A DNA stretch of 59,450 bases, filler included, from Asterionella formosa (taxonomy: Eukaryota): the NCBI GenBank assembly GCA_002256025.1. It is 9 parts of 9 records of this genome, joined end to end, with 100 filler letters (N's around TTAATTAATTAA, not from the genome) between each part and the next. Parts side by side here need not be neighbours in the genome. Positions count along the whole stretch, not along the records: positions 46,377 to 52,864 come from NKIB01012689.1; positions 52,965 to 59,450 come from NKIB01012690.1; 7 more parts are not named here. One strand, given 5' to 3'. Each line of letters begins with the position of its first letter. Positions within the stretch are counted from its first letter, which is position 1. The notes beneath the pieces were generated by a model. That model was not told where the DNA came from. It ran no database searches and was given only the letters and a program-made list of their open reading frames with translations. The translations under genes were made by a program, and so were the position numbers. This document shows positions 49,851-59,450 of the stretch, piece by piece.

Positions 49851-51204
49851 TCATCTATAACGAGAGATGGAACGAATCCAATTTTCTGTCTGTTCGCCCT
49901 GTAGAAAACCAAGTAACAATGTATGCACACATCTCGCATCTGCAATGTAATACTGACCGTTAAGGGGGGCGCGATGGATCATGCGCTCGATGAATGAGCC
50001 ATAATCGGCCTCAGCTTTGGGATCCTCCGCTTCTCTTACCACATAAGACAACGGTATGCCGCTAACGCCGGGAATGACAGCCAAGTAGTTGATAAAGGCC
50101 TTTTCCCACTCAGGCCACTTCCTCTCATCTTTAAATTTTTCTGGATTGGCAGCCTTGGAATTAGTAGCCAAAAGATCTATGTCGGACTTCCTGATCTGCG
50201 CAAGGCTCAACGATTGATACAGAATCTCAACATTGAAATCGTTGTGGTCCAGAACGTCGTTAACTCGATGGCAATCCTGGACCCAATGCATAGCACCTGT
50301 CAATTTCTTTGTGTGTCCAAGTCCAAAAACAATCTTACCATTTGCCACGCTAAGCTTCCCAAATTCGTCCGCCATGTCACGAATGTCCTTTTCGACTGGA
50401 TAACGGAAATCCTCAAACTCGCTAATACCTGCTGCCATGATGTTCGTACGTTCGACAGCAACCTCAAAACCGATTGCCAGCCAACAGAACGTGGGCGACT
50501 CCGACCAAGTTATTCGCCATGATAAAGAGAATGGTAGTAATTCGCAAACACAAACGCATGTCGTCAGTGGAGTCCCGCTGTAACGAATAGTACTTGTGTG
50601 CAGGCAGCACAGTTACGCCAATGCCGTTGTTGAGTGATCAATTCAACTCCGGCCACAATCCCTATCGCTCGCTGGTCGTCTGCGGATACCCATCAGTACG
50701 ACTTGAGTGCACACGGTCACCGACGCCTGCGAATGATCGTCATCATCCAAATTCAGTACGCACACGTGACACTACATACTGAATATGAAAAATTTGTTAC
50801 AAACACGTGACACCGGATGCCTCATCCTTGATGGTTCGAATTCGACGCTCCTAATCGCTCGCACTGTACGCTCTTCTCCAATTCAAAGATAACTCAAGTG
50901 GTATATTCGTTACGAACATGTGACGCCGGACGCCTTGTCCTCGATGGTTCGAATTCGACGCTCCTAATCGCTCGCACTGTACACTCTTCTCCAATTCAAA
51001 GATAACTCAAGTGGTCAATGGTAGAGTGAGGGTCTGATAAACCGAATCAATACACTAGTGTGGCCGGCAGAACAACTTACATGGTGCAAAAGGAAAGAAA
51101 GATAAAGGTTGAAAACATAATGTTAAAGATATATATACCTATGCCGTTCTAGTGCATTCGCTGTCCAAGCTTGTACGCTGTACTATTGCTAAAGCACTCT
51201 AACA
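49851..51204 (-). mobile_element. Diatom Copia (CoDi-like) 5' fragment: LTR about 51204-51044, primer site 51043-51019, leader, truncated gag
   Basis: gag motif PEKFKDERKWPEWEKAFINYL..IPGVSGIPLSYVVRE...APLNG; candidate LTR starts TGTTAGAG; a tRNA-complementary tract follows it. Confidence 0.7.
50796..51015. repeat. Two-copy tandem repeat (113-nt period) in the Copia leader
   Basis: 50796-50902 and 50909-51015 are near-identical (GATGGTTCGAATTCGACGCTCCTAATCGCTCGCACTGTAC...GATAACTCAAGTGGT). Confidence 0.95.
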
Positions 51205-51218
51205 GCAAGTTAGTACAC

Positions 51219-52745
51219 TGTGAGCAATCCTGCACATCGATACAGATATATATAGAGTTGGGGTTATGTCAAATATATCGGAATTCAATAATGAGAGAAC
51301 TCGACTAACACCCATTCTATACTTTGATGTCAGTTCAGGAAATGAGTTATACATAAGGATTAATTAATAAGCTCATATATTCAACAAATACTACTACTTC
51401 TAGTTAGATACTTCACTTTGAATTCAAAAAGAGTCGAATTAGAAGACAACAAACATGGCAATGTATTCTCAAGGGTTCCTGTGATTCCTTTGATCAAAGA
51501 CTACAATGTATTGACTATCAAGACTAAAACATTCAGAGTTGCTTTAACCGGTGGAAGGTTTGAATCGTTTGATCAAGATATGATCGATGGAAGCTCGGTG
51601 GAAGCATTGTTAATTGGAGTGAGACAATTTCGTGACATGGCTAACACATGTGCCTTTAGCCCTGCAGATACCTTTTCCTACTTTAAAAGGTGTTTGACCG
51701 ACATTTCCCTATCGGATTGGTTGAATGTGGAAGCACACCCAGAAGATCAATCTTATGATAGTTTCGATGAAGCGATGGTTTTATGGTTAGACGATCGTTT
51801 ACCAAATGAGAGTTTTCAACGAAAACAACAACGGATACTACGCTATTTATCTAAACCCTTTTCTATGTTGGTAATGGATTTCGGAGCTCGTTTTAAAACT
51901 TTGAACAGGCTACTTCAACTAATGCCTCATCCAGAAGATCAAAACGGATTGTCAAAAGAAGATATGCGGATTATCATTATCCGTTCTATGCCCGATGAGT
52001 GGCAACAAGAGTTTGAATTAAATCATGCGAAGACTTCAGACCAATCGATTCGCTCGGTTCTCGCTTACTTCGAGAGTCAACAATTGTTTAAGGACCGAAA
52101 CAAGCATCTTCCCAAGAACAGTTTTCAAACAACCACACAAAATATGCACATTTGATGTTATTTAAGGACGTGATTTCCTCCGTCAAGTTGGTTTAACCAT
52201 TGATTTCGTAAATAACACCATGTCCTGTATGGATATGATTGTTCCTATGCATCCTCTCACATCTTTGATGATAGAGAACTTTTACGAGATGTATTATTAT
52301 ATTTCGATGCACCTATGATTGTGGAATCTTCATATGCGCTGGAAATTAAAGCTGCTAAATATAATTACGTAAATATTGATACAGTGCTGGTAGATAAACA
52401 GATATATTTGACAACAATACAACGATCACGTTTACGATCTATATTGGTTAAATATCAAACATTATTTGATTGCAAATTAAAAGTCTATCCTCATAAACAG
52501 GTACATTTGGAATTATTATCAAATGCTGTCCCTCGTCATCAACAAGCATATCCGGTCGCTCATATTCATTTAGAAGTTTTCAAAACAGAATTACAACGAT
52601 TATGTGATATTGGAGTCCTACAAAAATGTGGTGCTTCTAAATGGGCATCTCCCACTTTTATTATTCCAAAAAATGATGGAAGTGTCCGATGGGTATCAGA
52701 TTTTCGTGAACTTAATAAAGTCATCAATCGCAATATATATAAATG
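51219..52745 (+). mobile_element. Degenerate Ty3/Gypsy retrotransposon (LTR/leader, gag, protease tail, RT start)
   Basis: Begins TGTGAGC; gag ...RSMPDEWQQEF; protease remnant DVI*GRDFL; Gypsy RT N-terminus YPVAH...ELQRL..IGVL...WASPTFIIPKNDGSVRWVSDFRELNK. Internally deleted and truncated. Confidence 0.9.
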
Positions 52746-52864
52746 TGATCATACTATCATAGGTTGAGTTACGGATGATTGTGAGTATTTGATAATGAAT
52801 TTTAAGTCAACTTACAGAGGTATGTGCGATAATAGCGATGTTTTTTATAATTACTCGTTGTGTA

Positions 52865-52964
52865 NNNNNNNNNNNNNNNNNNNNNNNNNNNNNNNNNNNN
52901 NNNNNNNNTTAATTAATTAANNNNNNNNNNNNNNNNNNNNNNNNNNNNNNNNNNNNNNNNNNNN
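52865..52964. other. Artificial contig linker
   Basis: N44-TTAATTAATTAA-N44. Confidence 0.99.
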
Positions 52965-53060
52965 TTCTTGACATGGGAATGCACCATTTGATTCATTGGA
53001 CTATAGTCGAGTCCACAGTCCTTGTGACTCATTATAGCCATTGATGCTATATTCTTGACA
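52965..53060 (-). repeat. 5' end of the Copia LTR family seen at 6919
   Basis: Reverse complement reads TGTCAAGAAT...GACTGTGGACTCGACTATAGTCCAATGA.TCAAATGGTGCATTCCCATGTCAAGAA, as at 6919-6995. Confidence 0.85.
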
Positions 53061-53959
53061 AATCTGTACATCTGCAAGTTGCGGTAAACATTGCATATTG
53101 GTGAGCTGAAAACCTGACAGTAGTTTATAAAAAGTATAACAAATTTAGCTACTGGTATCATGGAATATTCAATGAAGCCATTGGTTATGTAGGCGTGGGT
53201 ATACTAGCCAAAAAATCGTGTCCTCCCCTGCCACTTTCTATGTTTAATAGCTAGTAGCGTGACTCATGGCGGAGATAAGGCTATTTGAAGAGGCGCAGGA
53301 GGTTGTTCTGTTGTGGAGTAAAGCAGCAGAAAAATAACGACATGGTGCATGTTGAGGTGCATGGCATTATAACATGCCAATTAGCTAAGGCGGAAAATAT
53401 TATATGAATAGGTTTACGGTTTATGCAAAAATTGCATCCAGCTATCGGTAGTTTGTCCACTAAGATGTTGCCATTGGAGCGTCATCATATGCACTGTATA
53501 CATGTGTGATCAGAGATAATGATGACCAAACCAAGAAAACTTATTGCAATCCAACAATGCAGCATGTCTTCCAATAATATGAATTGTAATGTCGTCATTC
53601 CTTGTTTCTAATTCTGAATTCCTTCTGATACGGCTTTAACTTGCTGGATTTGGTGAGGAGCACAAATAAGTAACATGCGAAACAAAACAAATTCAAACTT
53701 TCCTTTCAACGATGATGTGATGAAGACTAGCTAGCCTACTTGTGGGCCGCTGCATTATGATAAAAATTGAATTATTACTTGTGTTTGTTGAAAGAAGAAA
53801 GTGGATATTGAACGATGATAGCTACCTTATAGGAATGATTGCAAAATTAAAGCCATGATCTCTTGTCGCTGCAACCACCAGATGTGAGCGTATTATCGAA
53901 CTCTGACTTCTCAACAAAATCAGTGTTCTCAACAAAATCAGTGTCTGGTGCAGATAACA

Positions 53960-54540
53960 AGAATAACAACAACAATCAAACTGAGGATATGTTTAGTCAA
54001 TATAGGAAAGTTGATCAAATCAGTGGAACTTGCTTGCCCATCTTTCGGTTTCAGGAACAATAATTCGTGACATTTCGAGATTTAAGTCCTGGTTACAAGG
54101 GCGGGGGATACTGGATGTATAATCATCTATTCGGTTCACACAACCCGTTAAGTTCTTGATACCTTAATTAAGGTCAGGGGATGCTGGATGTATCATCATC
54201 TATTCGGTTCACAAAAACATGAGTGAGTAAAATTGTTGTGGAATTGATTTACACATGTGCGCGTAACAATGAATAAATCAACGATACAAGTTGCGACTTC
54301 TTGCACTCACTGTTTGCTACAGACAACAAGGACAATCAACATGAGAACAAGTTAGATTAAATTTGGAAGAGTTGATCATTTTGATGTGCATATTTTCATG
54401 TTCAAATCATTGAAACTAACTTGCCCATCTTTCGGTTTCAGGAACAATGATTTTTGAAATTTCGAGAATGCAAGTTGCTATGCGAAATTAAGAGGGAACG
54501 CTGGATTTATAATCAAGTATTCGGCTCACACATTCATTCA
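53960..54540. repeat. Diverged ~390-nt duplication containing a ~72-nt sub-duplication
   Basis: CTTGCCCATCTTTCGGTTTCAGGAACAAT at about 54032 and 54420; CTGGAT.TAT.ATCA..TATTCGG.TCACA three times (about 54111, 54185, 54501). Confidence 0.75.
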
Positions 54541-56119
54541 ATCCCTGATCTTTGCTTTCTGGTGGAAACAATTGATCATTTCTTAGTAATATCATATTAT
54601 CATATATAATGATCAACAAATTATAATGCTTCATTTTATATTCAAACATCTTGATGGGTTGTTTAGTGCATTCTACTTTGGTACTAATTGAAAGGGTTTG
54701 TAGAAAAACCTGTAAAGAATATGAAACTATGTCGGCATTTTTTGGTGGAAGTCTAACTGCAATAGCTAGTAGCCTTTGATATTTGATGGATACATAAGCA
54801 GCAACCCTGCACAGAAAGCTATTTCGATGTTGATCTTTTTTGTCATGGATCTAAGAAGTTAGAGCACCAGCCAAACAAGGCAGCCCCATTTTTTAGTGAA
54901 CCATCTGTTCCAATAAAGCATGGAAGCTCCATCATAAGATGATGGCAAAGTCTTGTGGGTTTCAATGGAGATATTTTTACATGTCTTATGAGTTTTTTTT
55001 GCTAGTATGGAGAAAGCTCCGAGATGTGTAGCTGAAAGTATGTAGTGGGGGGTTTTTGGGCTCTTTCTTGTCCTCTTTGTCATGTTGTATATGCCTAAAC
55101 TTGACTCTGAAATCGCTTAATACATCACAAAGGGTCGTTGCATTCAGTGGAGAGGAGAATCTGGATTCATGCTCTGGATACCAGGTACCAGTACCTGAGG
55201 TATCCCTCGTAAGCGCTACAGCAGTATTTTTTAGCCGGAATAATGCGATTATTTTTGATGTAAAAAACTGTAGAGTGTCATCGTTGTGATCGGTTGGGTT
55301 ATCCTGAATCAAGTCATTTCAGCCTTGACCATGATGACGAAAATAGCGGAAATCTCTACGAAAATTGAGATCACGACCGCTTTTTAATTCCTTACATATA
55401 TCAAGCACAACATAGACAATACAATTGTTAAAGAATTATTGTTATTAAACAAATATTGAAAACGAAAATTGAACAAGTTGCCAATGGCGCATTTTTCTTG
55501 ATATTTTTTAGGGATGCAAAATTCAAAATGACGATGTTATGGACAGATTTGAAGCTTTTACAGTAGCTCCACCACGAACATGACGAATATAAAAATAAAA
55601 TGACTAGTTGAAGCAAAAGATGTGAAAATTGTTATTTATCAGCCAACTGAGTATCAATTGGCGGATTGCACCGGCAATTTGTAAAGTCGTCAATGTAGGT
55701 CGCTCAGCACTGACAAATGTGGCTTGTGTTTTTTGGAACTTGATATCAAAGCAAAATGTGTAAGTGTAAAAATAATAATTGAATAAATATCAGTGACTTT
55801 CTATTTAATTATGTGGTGAGACCAGTATAATATGGCCACTTGCCATTATACAGTTGTGCCCATGATGACGATGGCTAGTTGGTTACAAATAGTTGTTGCT
55901 AACACACATAATTATTCGATAAGTGAAATAAATTTTGTTTTAGTACATATAAATTGTGGTTTGATCCAAATTAATTCCGGAAAAATTACCATTATATTTT
56001 AGAAAACTAGCAAACATACTCTATACTTCGCTTTTCACTTTAGACATAGCTAATGAAATCGAAAAAGTGCTGTAAATGGCATCTTAGATGTACTGGACTG
56101 GCATATATATATATATATA

Positions 56120-56489
56120 TGTTACTAGATAGTTCTATTGTTACACAAAGAAGACTATAGATAAAGACATTTGTTTCTCTTTTATTCCTATATTCTTATT
56201 ATGTATTCTTACTAAAGTAGTATTTTGATTTGTTCAGTTGTTTGAATGATCAAATGAACTATTCTTGTCCAAGCAAATTCTGTTTGCATTTGTCAGATCA
56301 TTCATTTATAGATAGACCCATGTCTAGTACCTCACATTCATTGATCATAAGTTTATAACCATTGATCATTACATTCAAACTTTTGGTGTTCTGAATAGTC
56401 ATCATCTGGCTCATTATACCAAAATATCACTGCGGTTAATTGATTGGAGCGTGGTACACCCAAAGTCGACTCATTCGACTGCTTTGACA
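56120..56489 (-). repeat. Probable solo LTR (TGTCAAAG...GTAACA), homologous to 25253-25629
   Basis: TG...CA termini, about 370 nt, second diverged copy on another contig; no clear target-site duplication. Confidence 0.7.
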
Positions 56490-56755
56490 TACAACCTGTG
56501 ACTCGATTTCCTTGTGTGTGTGTGTGTCTGTATAGCAAAGCATCCGTTAGGCGGGACAGCAAGAGGAATTTCCAGACAACAGGACGACGACGGCGGGATC
56601 ACATGTTTATACCGGTATACAACCTTTCTTGCCGGCTGATGGCATTTTGGGCACTGATCGAAAAAGGCAAAGCTGACTATCCTTTGTAAAGCTTCCTGCC
56701 ATTCTCTTAATTGAGTACCGGTACCAACTCCTCAGCTTCAGTAAGTTCAGGCTTC

Positions 56756-57743
56756 ATGTCGAATTACTCCAAATTGCTCGAAAACACCAATGGAAGTCTT
56801 GATCTGACGCAAATGGAAGAGCAAGCGACAGTAAGTGGTAACGGATCAAGCGCATCTGGACTAAGCCTCTTTCGAAAATCGAGTGCTTCCCCTGATCTCA
56901 AGGAGCCGTTGACATCGAAAGATTTGGAATCTGGTAGTGTTTATGAAGATGATCCCTTTTATGTCTTTCGCGAAGATTTGTATCGAAAGCTAGACTTGGT
57001 TGATGAAGCGTTGCAAGACTATCTTCGAGTCGTTCATCATACGGTAAGTCGAACTATGCATACCACTTTGTTCAGGATACATTATATTTCTCCCTGCACT
57101 CATATTTTATTAGGATACCTCGGTCAATACGTACGAGCTCAAGGATGTCAAAAAACAACTAAAACGGCACATTAAAAATGCCGAATCAACGCTGAGAGAT
57201 GTGCAAATGACGGTTCAGTTGGTGGAAAATTCGAGAGACAAATTTCCTCACATTGACAATACTGAAATTTATGAACGACGATCCCTTGTTACTACTAGTA
57301 AAGATAGAATTTCTCGCGCCAAGACAGAAATGAATTCGGACGATGTAAAGTCCAAAATGGTGGCGGATGAACGCGCCAAAGCGATCCGAAGAGCTGGAGG
57401 AGCCAATCAAACGCAGCAAGAAGTAGAACATACAGAATTCATTGCAGATTCACAAGCGCAGCAGTCGCTTCTGATGCAGGCGCAAGATGAAACGCTGGAT
57501 GAGCTCGGCGAAGCCGTCACTCGTGTTGGGGAAATGGCGGAAACCATCCATGAGGAAATTGGCTTTCAAAACAAAATGCTCACTCAAATGGAAGAAGATT
57601 TGTCAGACGCAGAAGAAAAGCTGGGACTCGTCATGGGTAAATTGGCGAAGCTACTTAAGACAAAGAGCAAATGGCATCTAGGAACGATTCTGATCCTTTC
57701 GTTGGTGGTGGTTGTACTCTTCTTTCTTGTGATCTATACTTAA
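56756..57743 (+). CDS. Syntaxin-6/SYP61-like Qc-SNARE; exons 56756-57043 and 57114-57743
   Basis: Syntaxin-6 N-terminal DPFYVFREDL, SNARE motif QDETLDELGEAVTRVGEMAETIHEEIGFQNKML and a C-terminal TM anchor; a 70-nt GT-AG intron splices in frame. Confidence 0.92.
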
Positions 57744-57997
57744 CTTTTCTAAGTTTACAATGTTTAAGAAACAGTTTACGGTAGAAGATACATGTACCTG
57801 AACGTAGTTATCACCCGATGGTAAAATCCAGACAACCAGAACAAAAAGCTTGGAATGAACGAGAACATGTATCACTAACACTGCTGTTTATGTTATTTAG
57901 TCGATACTTATCTTGACGAGTGTTATTATTGCTTTTACTTCCATGCCTATCTCGGTATGTATACTCCTTGTGGCTAGAGTTCATTGTGTTCGACTTT

Positions 57998-59075
57998 TTA
58001 TGCTTTCGGAATGGTCGAAGCACGCAACGTCTTACGTTGGACACTGAATTCAGTTTTGCAGCTAGGACACTTGGCTTTAGCAATGTCAGTGAAGCCCTCA
58101 ACACCCAAGATCTTTCCAAAGTAGACGCGGTTCTCAACTTCACAGCTGGGGCAAGGCCCGAAAGCAATGAATTTACCAGGGAAGAGAAGCTCCTCCGTAA
58201 TAAATTTAGATCCGGTGTAGAGGAACGGAGTGCCAATGAGGAGGAAGAACAACGGGTTGATTCTCAACACAGTCGACAAAAGTTCGAAACCAATACCAAG
58301 CCAAACACTCGTGAGAACAATAATGGCGGGAAGGTAGAGAAGATTTGATCTGAATTGGTCTTCCTTCAATGTGACAGTGCAAATTCCAGTGTCGATGTAG
58401 CATTTTGGAGATGTTGAGACTGCAAACTTCGATCCAGTTTCCTTGAGCTCCGTCTTCAATGCATCAAACTCAGCATCTGGCATCATTGGTTCACCTTTCA
58501 AGTATGCCTGCATGGCGGCGAGATATGTGGCTTCCTTTCGGTTCATGACAACCATGTCAGATCCGTTCCATTGCAAATCTTCCTTCAAAAGGTCAAACTC
58601 GTCATCCTTGAGCATTTGCCTTCCAGTAGCATAGTAGGACTATAATTGCGAAGAAAATTGAAAGTTAGTCCGAACTGATAAAATGCAATCCCAATGGACA
58701 TTCTTTCGGCAGTAATACACTTACCTGAAGCGCGTCCAGAAAGATACGCTCCTTTTCGGCTACTGTGAGACGAATGAGTTGTCCACTTTCCGGATCGACG
58801 ACACAGTATTCCTCGTCAGGAATGCATTCTTCTTCCTGCAAGTTAGTCTCAAAGAATCGTCCAGACTTGGCGTCGTAAGCGATTTCTTTCTTTCCGCTCG
58901 TAATGGTGATCTTTTCGTCGCTTCCGTCTTCGGCCATTAAAAGTGGACCAGCAACATGACCAGCCTTATTGAAAACGGCAAACGGCTTCGCTCGTGGGGC
59001 AAATGCATCACTTCCAGAAATAACTAAGGCTAGAGCACACACTAAAAGAGAGTGGTTCATTCCAAGCATCGCCAT
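57998..59075 (-). CDS. PGRL1: PGR5-like 1 thylakoid protein; exons 59075-58725 and 58639-57998
   Basis: Bipartite presequence (SDA-FAP), EKERIFLDALQSYY...DDEFDLLKEDLQWNGS, two TM helices and two CxxC motifs (GPCPSCEVENRVYFG, KCPSCKT); 85-nt intron. Confidence 0.92.
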
Positions 59076-59450
59076 GTTCAAACTCGCACAACAAAGTAGT
59101 CTCTGCAATTTCTTGCTTTGTATAGCCTGGTACTGTGAATTGTGTTGAAGTAATATCGGAACCGGCCGAGGCGAGATCATTTCACACTGTGATGAGAATG
59201 TTACTACTTCTATCATAGTACATATGCTGGTCATACCGCACGTATGCCGATGTCTGACGTTGGCTGACGTATATGCGTAAGCCTTGGCCACATTGCCACC
59301 ACAAGAATACGTCATGCATGTCTGCCCAGAAGAAATTGATACGTGCAGGTCGCTACAATTTGAATTCAAAAGCACGGACAAGCAAGCGAGAAAGAAGCTT
59401 GACACCCAGCACCAGCCATCGCTTCTTCCCACATCATACCAGGTACCAGG

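Noticed and set aside
6539..52964. Regularly spaced TTAATTAATTAA palindromes flanked by N runs, about every 6.6 kb
   Set aside because: Artificial linkers between length-sorted contigs. The periodicity, cross-linker gene neighbourhoods and ORFs ending in X...LIN are artefacts.

Overview
This is not one locus. It is nine eukaryotic contigs of about 6.5 kb, sorted by decreasing length and joined by artificial 100-nt linkers (N44-TTAATTAATTAA-N44), so adjacency across a linker means nothing. Bipartite 'ASAFAP'-type plastid presequences, short GT-AG introns and diatom-type Copia elements point to a diatom nuclear genome. Repeats shared between contigs suggest a single genome. Host genes include an ankyrin protein, a fused plastid PDH E1 alpha-beta, two head-to-head Kir-type K+ channels, a cytochrome P450, a class C GPCR, an F-box/ApaG protein, a syntaxin-6-like SNARE and PGRL1. 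Much of the rest is decayed transposons (Copia, Gypsy, Plavaka/CMC-like, Harbinger, pogo-like, MITE). Most notable: (1) a ~250-nt non-coding rod at 28630-28876 with five mirror-placed CGAG/CGAG tandem G.A internal loops about every 16 nt; (2) a GNAT acetyltransferase-domain gene apparently carried inside a Plavaka-like transposon; (3) a Copia primer site that reads as the 5' half of a tRNA-Ile(GAU); (4) the 3' half of a possible hammerhead ribozyme at a contig start; (5) dense TACCGGTA/TACCWGGTA clusters upstream of genes. All calls were made by eye; no searches or folding programs were run.
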